The position numbers and the translations under genes are program-made. Of a DNA stretch of 61,632 nucleotides, positions 35,220-46,000 are shown piece by piece. Numbering within the stretch: position 1 is the first letter of the stretch; each line of letters begins with the position of its first letter. Source of the DNA: a virus (taxonomy: Duplodnaviria > Caudoviricetes); the IMG/VR virus record IMGVR_UViG_3300011116_000062, positions 1-61,632 of that record, one strand, 5' to 3'. The notes under the pieces were generated by a model that was not told the DNA's origin, ran no database searches, and saw nothing but the letters and a program-made list of their open reading frames with translations.

Positions 35220-37516
35220 CAGCGTCTCCCGTCAGGACGGATGTCAAGGCGCATCATACCCATCTGCCACGCCACACCGATGTCGGCTGAGGACATACGG
35301 AAGGACATCTGACGGCCACGCACGCGGGTATAGACCTGACCCGTATAAAGTTCAATCGGGAAGGACTGCGTTTCAGTCACAGTCGGTGTATTAGCCGCAG
35401 AGTAGGCACTGCCGGAGTTCTGTCTCGGCTTAACGGTCAGCGTTACGGACGGCGTGTTCGAGTTCGACCCGTTGAAGGTCAGATCAGGCAGCATGCGCCA
35501 GATGTACCCGAAGCTCTGCCCGTCTTGGATGTCGAAGTCCGAAGTCTCGATGTAGGCTGCAATCGGCAGGATCTCGCTCGTAGAGCGGTCGTCGTTCCCG
35601 TTCTCGTGGTTCATGACCTGATTAGGCACGCTATAGGACACAGTGCTGTACTGGATATGGGACGTTGCTGCAGTCCCGTCGTACCCACGCGTGCAGCCGG
35701 TCAGCGAGTTTGAGGTCTTGCCGGTGTAGTAGATTTTCTCAAAGTCAATCGTGACTACGCCCTCGTTCGCATAAGACGCAGCGTTCACCATCGGCAGTAT
35801 CGTCACACTGCTATTGATGGCATCTGACAGGTACGAAGTCTGGATGCTGAACGAAGCCATCGGGTACTGCCGAAGCGGCGAGTCAAGCCAGAAGGACCGC
35901 TCAAGATCACCGTAGTACCAGATTCGCTCAAGGTGGTTATAGATCACGTACCGGTTGTTCACGAGGCTGTTCGCAGTGGGGTAGAACCACCAGACCTCGT
36001 TATAACCCTCGTTGGTACCGGCCACGATCTGCGCCAACTGATCCGTGTTGATATCGGTGAACACGAACTGACGGAGGCTGCACGGCAGTGTCTCAACGCG
36101 GCCCGAGTACTGATAGAACTTGTCCACGCCCATCCAGTAGGTCACGTTGTTGACCGTGATGGCAGCGTTAGGCGATGCGATGGAGATGTTGTCCATCAGC
36201 AGGTTCTGGCTGAACACGTACGGCGGACCAAGGTACTGCATCGAGAAGATGGCAGCGTCCGTCCAGATGAGGATTTCCTGCCGGGTATCAAGCGCAGCCA
36301 CGATGTACGAGCCGTACGACAGGCGGTTCTCGCCAGACTGATTCGTCGTCGCCGGGACCCACTCAAACGGATTGTCTGCATCCGACCAACGCACGAGCAG
36401 CGGGTCGAAGTCTTCCGCGAAGTTGACGGGGTTGTACGGGTTGGACCCGAACGCGATGGTGAAATTGCCTACGCTTGACGTGGCAACCTGATAGGTGTTG
36501 TTCGGGACGTGCCTACCTGCATAACTGAACGTGTAAGTGCCAGACGAAGGCGCAGTCGTCGCCGCAGAGATGGGTACCGTGTAACTACCCGCGATGTACG
36601 CCGTCGTGACATAAGTCCCCGCCGGTATACCAGTTCCTGACACCACAGAGCCAGTATCAATACCGTTCGGGTCGATGACCGTGATTGTGGTCACGGCTGA
36701 AAGAAAGTCGGCTTCCGTGGTGGCCTTGACCTGCGTGTTGGCATAGGCGTTCAACGTGATGGCACGTGGCCACGTAGAGGTGTTCTTCTCCCAGTAGTAG
36801 ATAGCACCAGAGCGCGGATTGAAAAGCAGGTTCTCCCTGTCGTTGTCCTGCGACCAGAGCCGGATCTGCGAAGCAAGCGCAGAGCCTACGCCCCATCCAC
36901 CAAAACCCCACGGGCCACCGCCCCAGCCAAGACCAAGCGAAAAGGTCGCGTTGCCTGCACTTATCTCAATCGCCGCAGACACGGCAGCGCCGCCACCTGA
37001 CCCCGTGGACGTAGCAACAACTGCACCAAGGATGGTGAACGAAGTGCTGGTCGGGACCGTGAGGACCTCGAAGTTGCCATTCAACGTTACGCCGTTGACT
37101 ACGCCGCTGCCCGACACGCCTGAAAAAGTGACATATGTACCGACACTGATATTGTGCGGCAGCGTGGTCGTCACGGTGACACGGTAACTACCGTTGATCG
37201 TCGCAAACGGATTGTTAGGCAGCGTTATGGTCTGAGCAAGCGGGGTGATGTCGTGGTAGATACCTGCGTTCTCCACGTATATCTTGGAGTTGGTGCCCAC
37301 ACCAAGCAGGTTATCGCTAGCAAGGGTGATCCAGTTAAAGAGCGACCGGCATACCCCCTTGAACGTAAAAGTGGACTGGTTGATCCAGCCACCGATCTTT
37401 TCTGCATAACCCGAACGGAACCGGACCTTATCGCAAGCGTAAAAGCCACCCTCGTTAGCGTACGTGGTGGACTCGCGATTTATACCGGGACGCAGTTCAA
37501 GTTTCTGCAGAGGCAT
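35219..37516 (-). CDS. Tail nozzle/stabilisation protein (P22 gp10-like) with inserted beta domains
   Basis: PGINRE...CDKVRFR...KIGGW; C-terminal RLDIRPDGRR. Confidence 0.7.
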   Translation of the reverse strand: MPLQKLELRPGINRESTTYANEGGFYACDKVRFRSGYAEKIGGWINQSTFTFKGVCRSLFNWITLASDNLLGVGTNSKIYVENAGIYHDITPLAQTITLPNNPFATINGSYRVTVTTTLPHNISVGTYVTFSGVSGSGVVNGVTLNGNFEVLTVPTSTSFTILGAVVATSTGSGGGAAVSAAIEISAGNATFSLGLGWGGGPWGFGGWGVGSALASQIRLWSQDNDRENLLFNPRSGAIYYWEKNTSTWPRAITLNAYANTQVKATTEADFLSAVTTITVIDPNGIDTGSVVSGTGIPAGTYVTTAYIAGSYTVPISAATTAPSSGTYTFSYAGRHVPNNTYQVATSSVGNFTIAFGSNPYNPVNFAEDFDPLLVRWSDADNPFEWVPATTNQSGENRLSYGSYIVAALDTRQEILIWTDAAIFSMQYLGPPYVFSQNLLMDNISIASPNAAITVNNVTYWMGVDKFYQYSGRVETLPCSLRQFVFTDINTDQLAQIVAGTNEGYNEVWWFYPTANSLVNNRYVIYNHLERIWYYGDLERSFWLDSPLRQYPMASFSIQTSYLSDAINSSVTILPMVNAASYANEGVVTIDFEKIYYTGKTSNSLTGCTRGYDGTAATSHIQYSTVSYSVPNQVMNHENGNDDRSTSEILPIAAYIETSDFDIQDGQSFGYIWRMLPDLTFNGSNSNTPSVTLTVKPRQNSGSAYSAANTPTVTETQSFPIELYTGQVYTRVRGRQMSFRMSSADIGVAWQMGMMRLDIRPDGRR

Positions 37517-37518
37517 TG

Positions 37519-37857
37519 TTAGACCCTACGCTCGAAATGCGGGACATCCTTGAACGACTTCCAGAACCCGCCCCATTGGTTCTTCGGGTTCAGACTCTGC
37601 CAGTACTCACCGACCGGGGTGAGCGCCGGGATGTCGTAGCAGAGTTTGCCGTTTTTGAAAAAATTCAGGTCGATGGCGCACCGCTTGAGGTGGATGCTGT
37701 TCATCGTCTTGCTGCGGCCAGTCTTGACATAAATGGCCTGCTGTTCCGGGGTACGTGCGAGTTCACCACCCGTCACGACAAAGCCCAACTCCGTCGCCTT
37801 GTTAATGAGTTTGGCGACATCCAGCAGGAACGCCGCCTGTTCTGCCACGAGACTCAC
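37519..37857 (-). CDS. Endolysin, peptidase M15 family
   Basis: RTPEQQ, SIHLKRCAID, WGGFW...DVPHFE. Confidence 0.85.
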   Translation of the reverse strand: MSLVAEQAAFLLDVAKLINKATELGFVVTGGELARTPEQQAIYVKTGRSKTMNSIHLKRCAIDLNFFKNGKLCYDIPALTPVGEYWQSLNPKNQWGGFWKSFKDVPHFERRV

Positions 37858-38396
37858 TTGAGTGCCTCCTTCAACGCTTCGGTCTTTTCTTTCGACCCCG
37901 CGCTCGACCCGAAGTAATACGCCGCAACCTGCGTGGACACGTCAGACAGCACCCCAAGGACATAGATGAGGATGTCCTTGCGACTGGCCTCGACCGGCGT
38001 GTTATCAAACATGACGACGCCGAACAGCACGAAGGTCAGCCCGAGGATGCCAAGCGCCAACACCGGGGTGATGATTTTATTCAGTAACGGAGCCTTATCA
38101 GAGGTCGCAATCTGCACCTCACGCTGCCGCGCATCGTTGGTGTCCTTCAACCGCGCTTCCAGTTCAGCGAGGTCGAGTTTGTCCTCCTCCAACCGCAACT
38201 TGAGCAGTTCTTCCTCATGCTCCATCTGGGCAATCTGAATCTTCGCCAAGTCCTCGCTAGTCATGTCCGGCTTCAGTTCCACGCCCAACTTGTTCTCGAC
38301 ATAGTCCTTGCCCTTCGCCAACACGGCGTTGGCGACGAGGTTGAGGCCGCTGCCGAGCAGGGGCTTGAGGATGGCAGAGAGTGCTGCGGGAATCAT
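37854..38396 (-). CDS. Holin (3TM/GTA-type)
   Basis: DARQRE, two TM helices, YYFGSS. Confidence 0.7.
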   Translation of the reverse strand: MIPAALSAILKPLLGSGLNLVANAVLAKGKDYVENKLGVELKPDMTSEDLAKIQIAQMEHEEELLKLRLEEDKLDLAELEARLKDTNDARQREVQIATSDKAPLLNKIITPVLALGILGLTFVLFGVVMFDNTPVEASRKDILIYVLGVLSDVSTQVAAYYFGSSAGSKEKTEALKEALK

Positions 38397-38656
38397 TTGT
38401 CTGTCTCCTTTTGCTCAAGCAACTTGACCCGCATCTGAAGGTCATAAATCTTGTCGAGCAGTTCTTCCTTCTGACGCTGACGGCGCTCTGCCGAGATGGG
38501 ACTGTCGGTCGGCACACCCTCCGGCGTGATGAGCGCAGGCATCTGGCCTTCGATACGGGTCAAGCGGGTGCTGAACGAACTGACCTGACCCAAGAGCCAT
38601 GCGATGCAGGCTATAAGGACAGGCACCAGCATCTTCATTATCTCGCCAAAGTTCAT
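38393..38656 (-). CDS. Membrane-anchored coiled-coil protein (lysis-associated)
   Basis: N-terminal TM helix; GGAG RBS. Confidence 0.55.
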   Translation of the reverse strand: MNFGEIMKMLVPVLIACIAWLLGQVSSFSTRLTRIEGQMPALITPEGVPTDSPISAERRQRQKEELLDKIYDLQMRVKLLEQKETDK

Positions 38657-38658
38657 CT

Positions 38659-39234
38659 TTATCTCCACTTAGGTCCGTCAAACCACGCGGCAATCGAGTG
38701 CCGCTTCCCTTCTGTCACAGGCAGCGCCGCATGGCGCACAAACGAGGGGAAGAAGATCACCGTGCCCTGCTGCCTCATCTCCTCGGCGTTCGGGTAGTGC
38801 GTAACGTGTTCAAACGTCAGGTCGCCGCCCTTGTACTCGGCAGGGTCCGTCAATTGAATGACGCACGAGAGTTTGCGGTGGTAGTACGGATCGCCATTCA
38901 TGTAGAAAATGTCGTGGTGCGTCTTGTACTCGCCTTGTCTCTCGCCGTCATATTCTGCAATCTGGTAGTAGTCGATCTTGCTGATATGCACATCAAACCA
39001 ATCACGGTTGGCCCAGACGGCAAGCCGCCACAACTCATCGAACATGTAGTCAAGTTCGGTATCGCCCTTGTTGACGAACCAGATGCTTGACCGCCGGAAC
39101 GATGTATCCGATTGGATACCGTCATTTGTACCGATCTGAGCCTCGCTCGGTTCCCGTTTCGTGGCAACATCAATGATGTGCTGGCAGTAATCTGCCGGGA
39201 AGTAAGACTTGAAGTAACACCATTCGCCTTTCAT
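38659..39234 (-). CDS. 2OG-Fe(II) oxygenase (prolyl-4-hydroxylase-like)
   Basis: HHD (HxD), RKLS, GGDL, FPSFVRH...R.S...W. Confidence 0.9.
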   Translation of the reverse strand: MKGEWCYFKSYFPADYCQHIIDVATKREPSEAQIGTNDGIQSDTSFRRSSIWFVNKGDTELDYMFDELWRLAVWANRDWFDVHISKIDYYQIAEYDGERQGEYKTHHDIFYMNGDPYYHRKLSCVIQLTDPAEYKGGDLTFEHVTHYPNAEEMRQQGTVIFFPSFVRHAALPVTEGKRHSIAAWFDGPKWR

Positions 39235-39833
39235 TACGGGGGGAGTCCTACTTGTGCTTCGACGTACATATTTACAAATACCGAAAGGATATCGGTACCT
39301 GCACTATTTTTGATACGAAGCGTAGATACTAAAGATTTAAATACTGATGAATTGTTCACAAAATTTTCAACGTACAAATCCCACGACCTAGTAGTATTCA
39401 GTTGCAGCGAAGTCGCTGTTGCAGAACTTCCGATGGAGAACGGATCCCCGCTTGGCGCGTCCATATAGGCATAGTAGTCGGTGTTGGCACCGGTAAGCAG
39501 CCAACTATAGGTCAGGTAGTTGGTCCCGCCAGTCGTCTGGTCTGCATACGAATACGTCGCCGTACCATTTGAGTTAAGTTCTACCTTAACAAACGAGTTG
39601 GCGTAGGTTCCGCTCGTATCCAGTGCGTAGTGAAACAGGTCAATAGAGTTGCTGGTAGGCGGGTATTCGTCGATTCGCACACCCGGATGAAACTGCACCC
39701 ACGACGACCCATTCCAAACCCTTGCAGATTTGGCGTTGTTCAGTGCATTAGTCGATACCCACGACGATCCGTTCCAAACCTTAAGTTGAGCTTGGACCTG
39801 CCATGACGAACCGTTCCACACCTTAAGCGGCAT
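39234..39833 (-). CDS. Tail-fibre-associated protein
   Basis: Three VWNGSSW repeats followed by a beta-rich domain. Confidence 0.65.
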   Translation of the reverse strand: MPLKVWNGSSWQVQAQLKVWNGSSWVSTNALNNAKSARVWNGSSWVQFHPGVRIDEYPPTSNSIDLFHYALDTSGTYANSFVKVELNSNGTATYSYADQTTGGTNYLTYSWLLTGANTDYYAYMDAPSGDPFSIGSSATATSLQLNTTRSWDLYVENFVNNSSVFKSLVSTLRIKNSAGTDILSVFVNMYVEAQVGLPP

Positions 39834-39842
39834 GACAACCTC

Positions 39843-41651
39843 TTAGATTTGGAACCACACGTCGCCTGCGTTGGATGCAGTCGGAGTGCCTGAAGACACA
39901 AAGACCTGACCACCACCCGTGTATCCGCTCGTCACGTTACGCAAGTAGTTGGCACCAGCCGGACCCGGAGGCCCCGTAGGACCAGTAGGACCCGTGGGAC
40001 CCAGAGGGCCGGTAGGACCGGTCGGGCCTGTCAAGCCAGTCGGGCCGGTCGAACCAATCGGACCCGGAGGACCAGCCACAGTCGAAGCAGGGCCGGTAGG
40101 ACCAACAGGACCGGTCGGACCCGTAGGCCCAGTTGGGCCGGTCGGGATAGTGAAGTTAAAGATTGCAGCCGACGTAGTGCCTGAGTTCGTAACCGAAGCC
40201 GAACCACCCGCAGGACCAGTCGTAGTCGTGCCAACCGTAATAGTTGCAGCCGAACCCGTGGGGCCTGTGGGACCCGGTGAGCCAGTCGAACCTGTTGGGC
40301 CAGTAGGACCCGTGAGACCCTGCGGACCGGTGGGACCCGTAGGACCCGTAGCACCTGCCGAACCCTGCGGAATCGTGAAGTTAAATACCGCTGCCGACGA
40401 AGTTCCAGAGTTCGACACCGCCGCAGGCGTACCGGCAGGGCCGGTCGTAGTCGTGCCAACAGTAATTGTCGCCGCAGATCCCGCAGCGCCAGTCGGACCC
40501 GTAGGACCAGTCAAGCCAGTCGGGCCGCTCGGACCAGTCGGACCCGGAGGACCGGCCACAGTCGAAGCAGGGCCAGTCGGGCCGGTCGGACCAGTCGGAC
40601 CCGGAGGACCAGCCACCGTTGACGCAGGACCCGTAGGGCCGGTAGGACCCGTAGCACCCGTTGTACCAGTCGGCCCCGGAGGACCCGGAGGGCCAGCCAC
40701 CGTTGACGCAGGACCCGTAGGGCCGGTAGGACCCGTAACACCAGTAGGGCCGGTAGGACCCGTAGGACCGGTGGGCAAAGTAAAGTTAAAGACCGCTGCG
40801 CTTGTCGTGCCCGAGTTCGTAATAGAGGCAGGACTACCCGCAGGACCCGTCGTGACCGTGCCCAGCGTCAGCGTAGCGGCAGAACCAGTCGGACCCGTGG
40901 GACCAGACGGACCAGTCGGCCCCGGAGGACCCGGCACTGTAGAGGCAGCACCTGTAGGCCCAGTCGGGCCAGTCAGACCGATAGGACCGGTGGGGCCGGT
41001 CGGACCTGTAGGACCCGTGGGGCCGGTCGGGATGGTGAAGTTGAACGTCGCAGCGGACGGGGTACCAACGTTGGTGACTGCCGCAGAGCCTCCTGCGGGG
41101 CTAGTCGTGGTCGTGCCTACGGCAATCGTTGCCGCCGTACCAGTCGGACCAGTCGCGCCTGTGGGGCCAGTCGGCCCCGTAGCACCAGTCGGACCCACAG
41201 GACCAGTAGGCCCAGTCGGACCCGTGGGGCCGGTGGGGCCAATCAAGTTGGTCGCGGTGACAATGTCCGTGCCATTACAGACGAGGATGGTCTTAATAGT
41301 GCTGGCAACCGACACACCGGTCTGGCCCGCGACCTTGACCGTGACTGCAAAGCCACCCGTGGTGTTGTTAAAAATAAAGTACAGTTTCTTGTTGTTCGGC
41401 ACCTCAACTGTCCGCGCTGCGGTCAGGGTACCAATCAACTCAATGTACATGTTACGGGCCACGCCCGTAGCACCATTCGGGATGGTCAGGATGGTGGGGG
41501 AGGCACTGTCCGTGACGGTTTGAGTCACATACCCGGCAATGGACTGCTCAAGCAGGGTGCCAAGGTTAGTATTGGTCGTGACACCCCACGTGCCGGACTG
41601 TTCGCCCGTGCCGATAAGTTCGATGCCAAGATTGGAACTATAAGTAGTCAT
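39843..41651 (-). CDS. Collagen-like tail fibre
   Basis: (GPT)n tracts with four non-collagen modules; N-terminal GTWG..TNTN anchor. Confidence 0.9.
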   Translation of the reverse strand: MTTYSSNLGIELIGTGEQSGTWGVTTNTNLGTLLEQSIAGYVTQTVTDSASPTILTIPNGATGVARNMYIELIGTLTAARTVEVPNNKKLYFIFNNTTGGFAVTVKVAGQTGVSVASTIKTILVCNGTDIVTATNLIGPTGPTGPTGPTGPVGPTGATGPTGPTGATGPTGTAATIAVGTTTTSPAGGSAAVTNVGTPSAATFNFTIPTGPTGPTGPTGPTGPIGLTGPTGPTGAASTVPGPPGPTGPSGPTGPTGSAATLTLGTVTTGPAGSPASITNSGTTSAAVFNFTLPTGPTGPTGPTGVTGPTGPTGPASTVAGPPGPPGPTGTTGATGPTGPTGPASTVAGPPGPTGPTGPTGPASTVAGPPGPTGPSGPTGLTGPTGPTGAAGSAATITVGTTTTGPAGTPAAVSNSGTSSAAVFNFTIPQGSAGATGPTGPTGPQGLTGPTGPTGSTGSPGPTGPTGSAATITVGTTTTGPAGGSASVTNSGTTSAAIFNFTIPTGPTGPTGPTGPVGPTGPASTVAGPPGPIGSTGPTGLTGPTGPTGPLGPTGPTGPTGPPGPAGANYLRNVTSGYTGGGQVFVSSGTPTASNAGDVWFQI

Positions 41652-41671
41652 TTCATACCCCTAGAAACGGC

Positions 41672-42454
41672 TTAGCCGTCCGGATCCAGATTGGTCCAAG
41701 TTGTTGATTGTGAGTCGTCTACGGGCGTCCAACCACCTGTCTGAGAGTCGTTCACAGGTTGCCATATTGAGCCTTGGCTGTCATCTACCGGGTTCCACAA
41801 ATAGGCCCCGGATACAGTGTCGAACAGGGAGGCGGACCCGCTGAACAGGGACTGGAAGGTAACGCCCGCCAAGGCCACATCGTTGATGACAGTGCTGTCA
41901 GAAAACTGTGAGTTGAACACGCCCAGCGAGAACACCTGCGCTGAAGACGAAGAAGTTTCTGCAACCGATGCCGACATGTTGATTGTCGGGGTGATGGTAT
42001 CTGTCCCCGTAGCCGACTCAGGAACAGTGATGAACACCGAGAACGACGGAGTAAGGGTTTCTGCGGCTACGCCCGTTTCTGCAACGTTAGACACGTATAT
42101 CGGCGTTGCCGACACCGCATCAGACGGGATGGCAACTTCGCTGACCAAAGAGACGAAATCGACCGTAGCCTCAAACGGGTCCCCTCCTATTGCCTCTTCC
42201 TCGACTTGAGCCACAAATATGGGCTGAGTGAAGAACTGCGAGGAGGCGTTGCCGGTCAGGATAATGCTGCTGTTGAAGATGCTGCCCGGTGCATCCACCG
42301 AGTCAGACGCAGTGCTTGTCTCGGATATAGACGAGACAGCAAAAAGGACAGAAGCAACGGAGTCCGATCCCGTTACGGATTCAGATACAGCAGAGTTCAG
42401 GTATTGCTGAAACCCGCTGATCGTCCATGACGAGATCGGCCCGTTGCTAAACAT
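41672..42454 (-). CDS. S/T/A-rich virion protein
   Basis: Repetitive beta composition; W.PV.DSQ repeats at the C-terminus. Confidence 0.7.
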   Translation of the reverse strand: MFSNGPISSWTISGFQQYLNSAVSESVTGSDSVASVLFAVSSISETSTASDSVDAPGSIFNSSIILTGNASSQFFTQPIFVAQVEEEAIGGDPFEATVDFVSLVSEVAIPSDAVSATPIYVSNVAETGVAAETLTPSFSVFITVPESATGTDTITPTINMSASVAETSSSSAQVFSLGVFNSQFSDSTVINDVALAGVTFQSLFSGSASLFDTVSGAYLWNPVDDSQGSIWQPVNDSQTGGWTPVDDSQSTTWTNLDPDG

Positions 42455-42627
42455 CACTCAATTTCTGGAGGGGCGCTCGGCGGCTGCTGTTGCAACTGAG
42501 CCTGTGCCTGCTGCTGAAGTTTGCCAAAAAGCCCTGCCACTGCCTCGAACGGCAGTTTGGACAGCGCCAAGAAAATGAGGTTAGCCTCGTCAATCGAAAG
42601 GTCGTCAAACTTGATCTTGTTTTCCAT
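42454..42627 (-). CDS. Small hypothetical protein (57 aa, MENKIKF...)
   Basis: Not in the ORF track; LSKLPFEAVAGL motif; AAGGTGAG RBS. Confidence 0.65.
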   Translation of the reverse strand: MENKIKFDDLSIDEANLIFLALSKLPFEAVAGLFGKLQQQAQAQLQQQPPSAPPEIE

Positions 42628-42668
42628 AACTCACCTTTGCGGGTTTTGGCCCGTTGTTGATAGAACGA

Positions 42669-43013
42669 TTAGACCGCCGGGGGTGCCCACGGCAGCGGAG
42701 GCGATACGATAGGCGGATTGATCTGATTGTCAATCTGTTGCTGCACGTTGGCTTCGTTCGCGGCCTTATCGACCCCGTTAGCCCAGCACCAGCCTAGCAC
42801 CTGATCCTGCGTCAGATTGGCATACGGGGTGAAAGACTCACCCTGCACAACCGAGAACGAAGCAGTGCCGTAGGTGCTGCCACTGTAAGTATTGCTTCCT
42901 GACACTTCCGAGCCGTTGCACTGCCAGTGGGCAGTTACGACGTAATCCACGCCCTCCGGGCTCTGCGGAAGACAGTCAAGTTGCGAGATATTCCAAACGA
43001 TTGTAGCGGACAT
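42669..43013 (-). CDS. Tail fibre assembly-associated protein
   Basis: FTPYANLTQDQVLGW...PLPW; follows the S74 fibre gene. Confidence 0.65.
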   Translation of the reverse strand: MSATIVWNISQLDCLPQSPEGVDYVVTAHWQCNGSEVSGSNTYSGSTYGTASFSVVQGESFTPYANLTQDQVLGWCWANGVDKAANEANVQQQIDNQINPPIVSPPLPWAPPAV

Positions 43014-46000
43014 TTATTTAACCTCAAGTTGAGCGACACGTTGTCGCAAGGATTGAATTTCTTTCACAAGCATAGGCACAAGTTTGCTGTAGTCCACGCC
43101 CCACGGGTTCTTGAAGTCTTCTACATCGTCTGCATCGCCAACCGAAACTGCCTCGGGCGCGACCATGTGCAGGTCTTGGGCAATCATGCCATAACGGGTA
43201 TGACCGCCAACCTTCCAATCGTGCTTAACAACTTCAATTGCATCAATGACTGACCCTGCATCATCAGCAGGAGCAATATTGTCCTTTAGACGACGGTCGG
43301 ACGAGGTGTTGTAAGCAGTCGCTGCGCTTGTAAACGATATAGTTCCAACTGCTGTGCTAGACCCATTTGCGATATACAGCGCATAGCGTGTACCCGTGTC
43401 ATTATTTGCTTGAACAGTATACGCAGATAAATTTTGCGCCAACGGAGCAACAACTATTCCATCATTATCTGGATTTATCGTGACCCTTTGTGCTGTAAAC
43501 AATCCATATCCTGCCGTTGTAGTTCCTACAAGCAGTTTCCCCCCGCTCGTGATGCGGGCGCGTTCAAGTGCGCTCGTGCTGAAGAGCAGCGGGAAGGCTC
43601 CACGGACATTGACGATGCCGTTACCAACCGTATCAACGCCAAACCAAGTGCCGTCAAGACCCGTGTTGCTGTTGCCAGCAGACATGATGGCGTTGGTGGA
43701 GCCGCTGCGATATAGGCTAAGAGCCTGAGTTGGGTTATTGCCTTCTGCGATTCCGACATTTCCCCCGCTCGTGATGCGCATGCGTTCGATGTCGTTGGTA
43801 TTGAAAACTAGCGCGTTACTATTTTGCGTCCCGACAACAAAATTATTTTGAAATGAGGGATTTCCGACGGCTGATCCGCCTGTACCAACATATCCGACTG
43901 CAGAACCAGCAGCGCCTTGGAGCCAACGAACAGCATTATAAACCGACGTACTCGTACTGCTATTAACTATACGGCCTGTGTAAACTGTTGATCCAACAGA
44001 GTTCGCGTCAAACTGAAAAACAGAACCGTCTTGGTTCGTGCTGTACCCGACTAAAAACCGACCCGATGAGTCGATGCGGGCGCGTTCGGAGCCGTTGGCG
44101 TAAAGCAGCAGCGGCACATTGGTAATAGAGCCAATTTCTACAGTTGTGTCGTTGGCTTCAAACTTTGCTTGCTGCGTCGTTCCGTTGTTTGCGTAGAAAC
44201 GCAACGTGCCAGAGTTGGCCGTAGCACGACCGCGAATAATGATTCCAGTGCCGCCGGAGTTTGACTGAACTTCAATCGGTACGGTTGGCGAAGTAACCCC
44301 CACCCCCAAATTCCCACTCGCATCCAGCGTCATCGCCTGCGTCCACGAAATTGTGGAGCCTGCGGTGCTGTTTGCTGCCACTTGCCAACTCATCGTAGGA
44401 GCAGAGTTAACCGACTCCATGACAAAGCGGAAAGCGTTATTTGCGTTTTTGCGAACCCAGTTGCTGCCATTCCAAAAGGCGTTCGCCAGCATCATTGCAT
44501 CGGTTGAGCCAAACGCGCCATACGACGCAGAAGCGTTTACATCTAAGAAACGATTGCCACTCCCCCACGCACTCGGCGTGACCCCGAGGCCGAGGTTGCC
44601 GGATCGGTCAAGAACCATACGAGAGGTCAATGTGCCGGATATTTCTGCGGCGTTATCCGCTGTTGTAAGAAAGTTAAGCCCTACGCCGCCAACGCTTGCA
44701 TCGCGCAACGCTTGAATACGAGAACCTGCTACAGTCCCGGCGCGAATCAAACTCAGCCCAGAGGTAAATAACGACCCTCCATCAATCTCTGACTCTACAG
44801 TGACCGTGGTATTTGTCGCGCTTGAATCAACATGAAGCCTTGTAGCCGGACTCGCCGTGCCGATGCCGAGGTTGCCGGAGGAGTTGAGACGCATACGCTC
44901 GGTCGGAGTGAAGGTATTTCCGGCAGTCAGGCTCTGATTAGAGAAGAAAACAAATTCGCCGCCTATTTGTTGCAAATAAGAAGCGGTTGTTGCACGGGCA
45001 ACATAGTTGGAGCCGGATATGAACTCCATGTTATGCGCGAGAACAAACTCCGTTGAGTACCCCCACTGATATCCGCCGCCAGCCCCAGTGTTAACATTCA
45101 GTCGAAGACCCGTAACGGTATCTCCGGCGTTGCCATAGTTAGCGTCAAACAGGGCTGTCGGGCGACCGCTGTTCGGGGTCGAGTTAACAACATGAAGTTT
45201 TGCTGCCGGACTCGTGGTGCCGAGGCCGAGCAAGCCGGAGGAGGTAATCCGGAATACTTCTGCGCTGTTTGCGTAGAACAGCATTGCATTAACGGAGTTA
45301 CTGTAGTTGATCAACCCGTACGCGCTGCTGCTGGTAGCCGAGAAAAGAAGTCCGCTGTCGCCGCTAGTTCCGGTCTGAATATCAAGGTACTGCGTACCAG
45401 AGGCTTTGTAGAAAAGCGCAGTGGTATTAGAGCCGCCACGGCTAGTGTTTGAACTTGCACCAAGAAGAAAACGTCCGGCGGAGTCGAGGCGCATACGCTC
45501 GGTGTTGTTGGTACCAAACACCAAAGAGCCAGCGATGACATTGTAGGCGTAGAAGTTCGTCGCATCATTGAACAGATTGCCGACCTTCGTGCTGCCGGAC
45601 AGCATATCAATGTTTGCGCCAGTCGTGCCGCTGATGGCGAGATTGCGGTAGTTGGCGTAGTTGGCCGGACTCGCCGTGCCGATGCCGAGGTCTCCGGCAG
45701 CGGTCAGCCGCATACGCTCAAAAGAAGTACGAGCAAAGGTAGAGCCTGCTGCGCCAGTTGCGCCTGTGTGAAATGCAATGCCATCGCTAATCTGTAAACG
45801 AATAAAGTTGCCGTCGTTAGCAACGGTCTTTTTGAGTTGCCCGCCGACCGTATCGGCAATTACGCCACCGCCAAAAACTGCGTCAGCAGACGAGGCTAAC
45901 TGCGACACCGTGGCGTAATTAAAACCGCTTTGTGAAAAAATACCTCCAAGTCCATTTACATGAAGCGTTGTAGCCGGACTCGCCGTGCCGATGCCGAGGC

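Noticed and set aside
39949-41523. 524-aa antisense collagen-like ORF (GPV)n
   Set aside because: GGN-CCN codons read as Gly-Pro on both strands; no RBS and opposite to the operon direction
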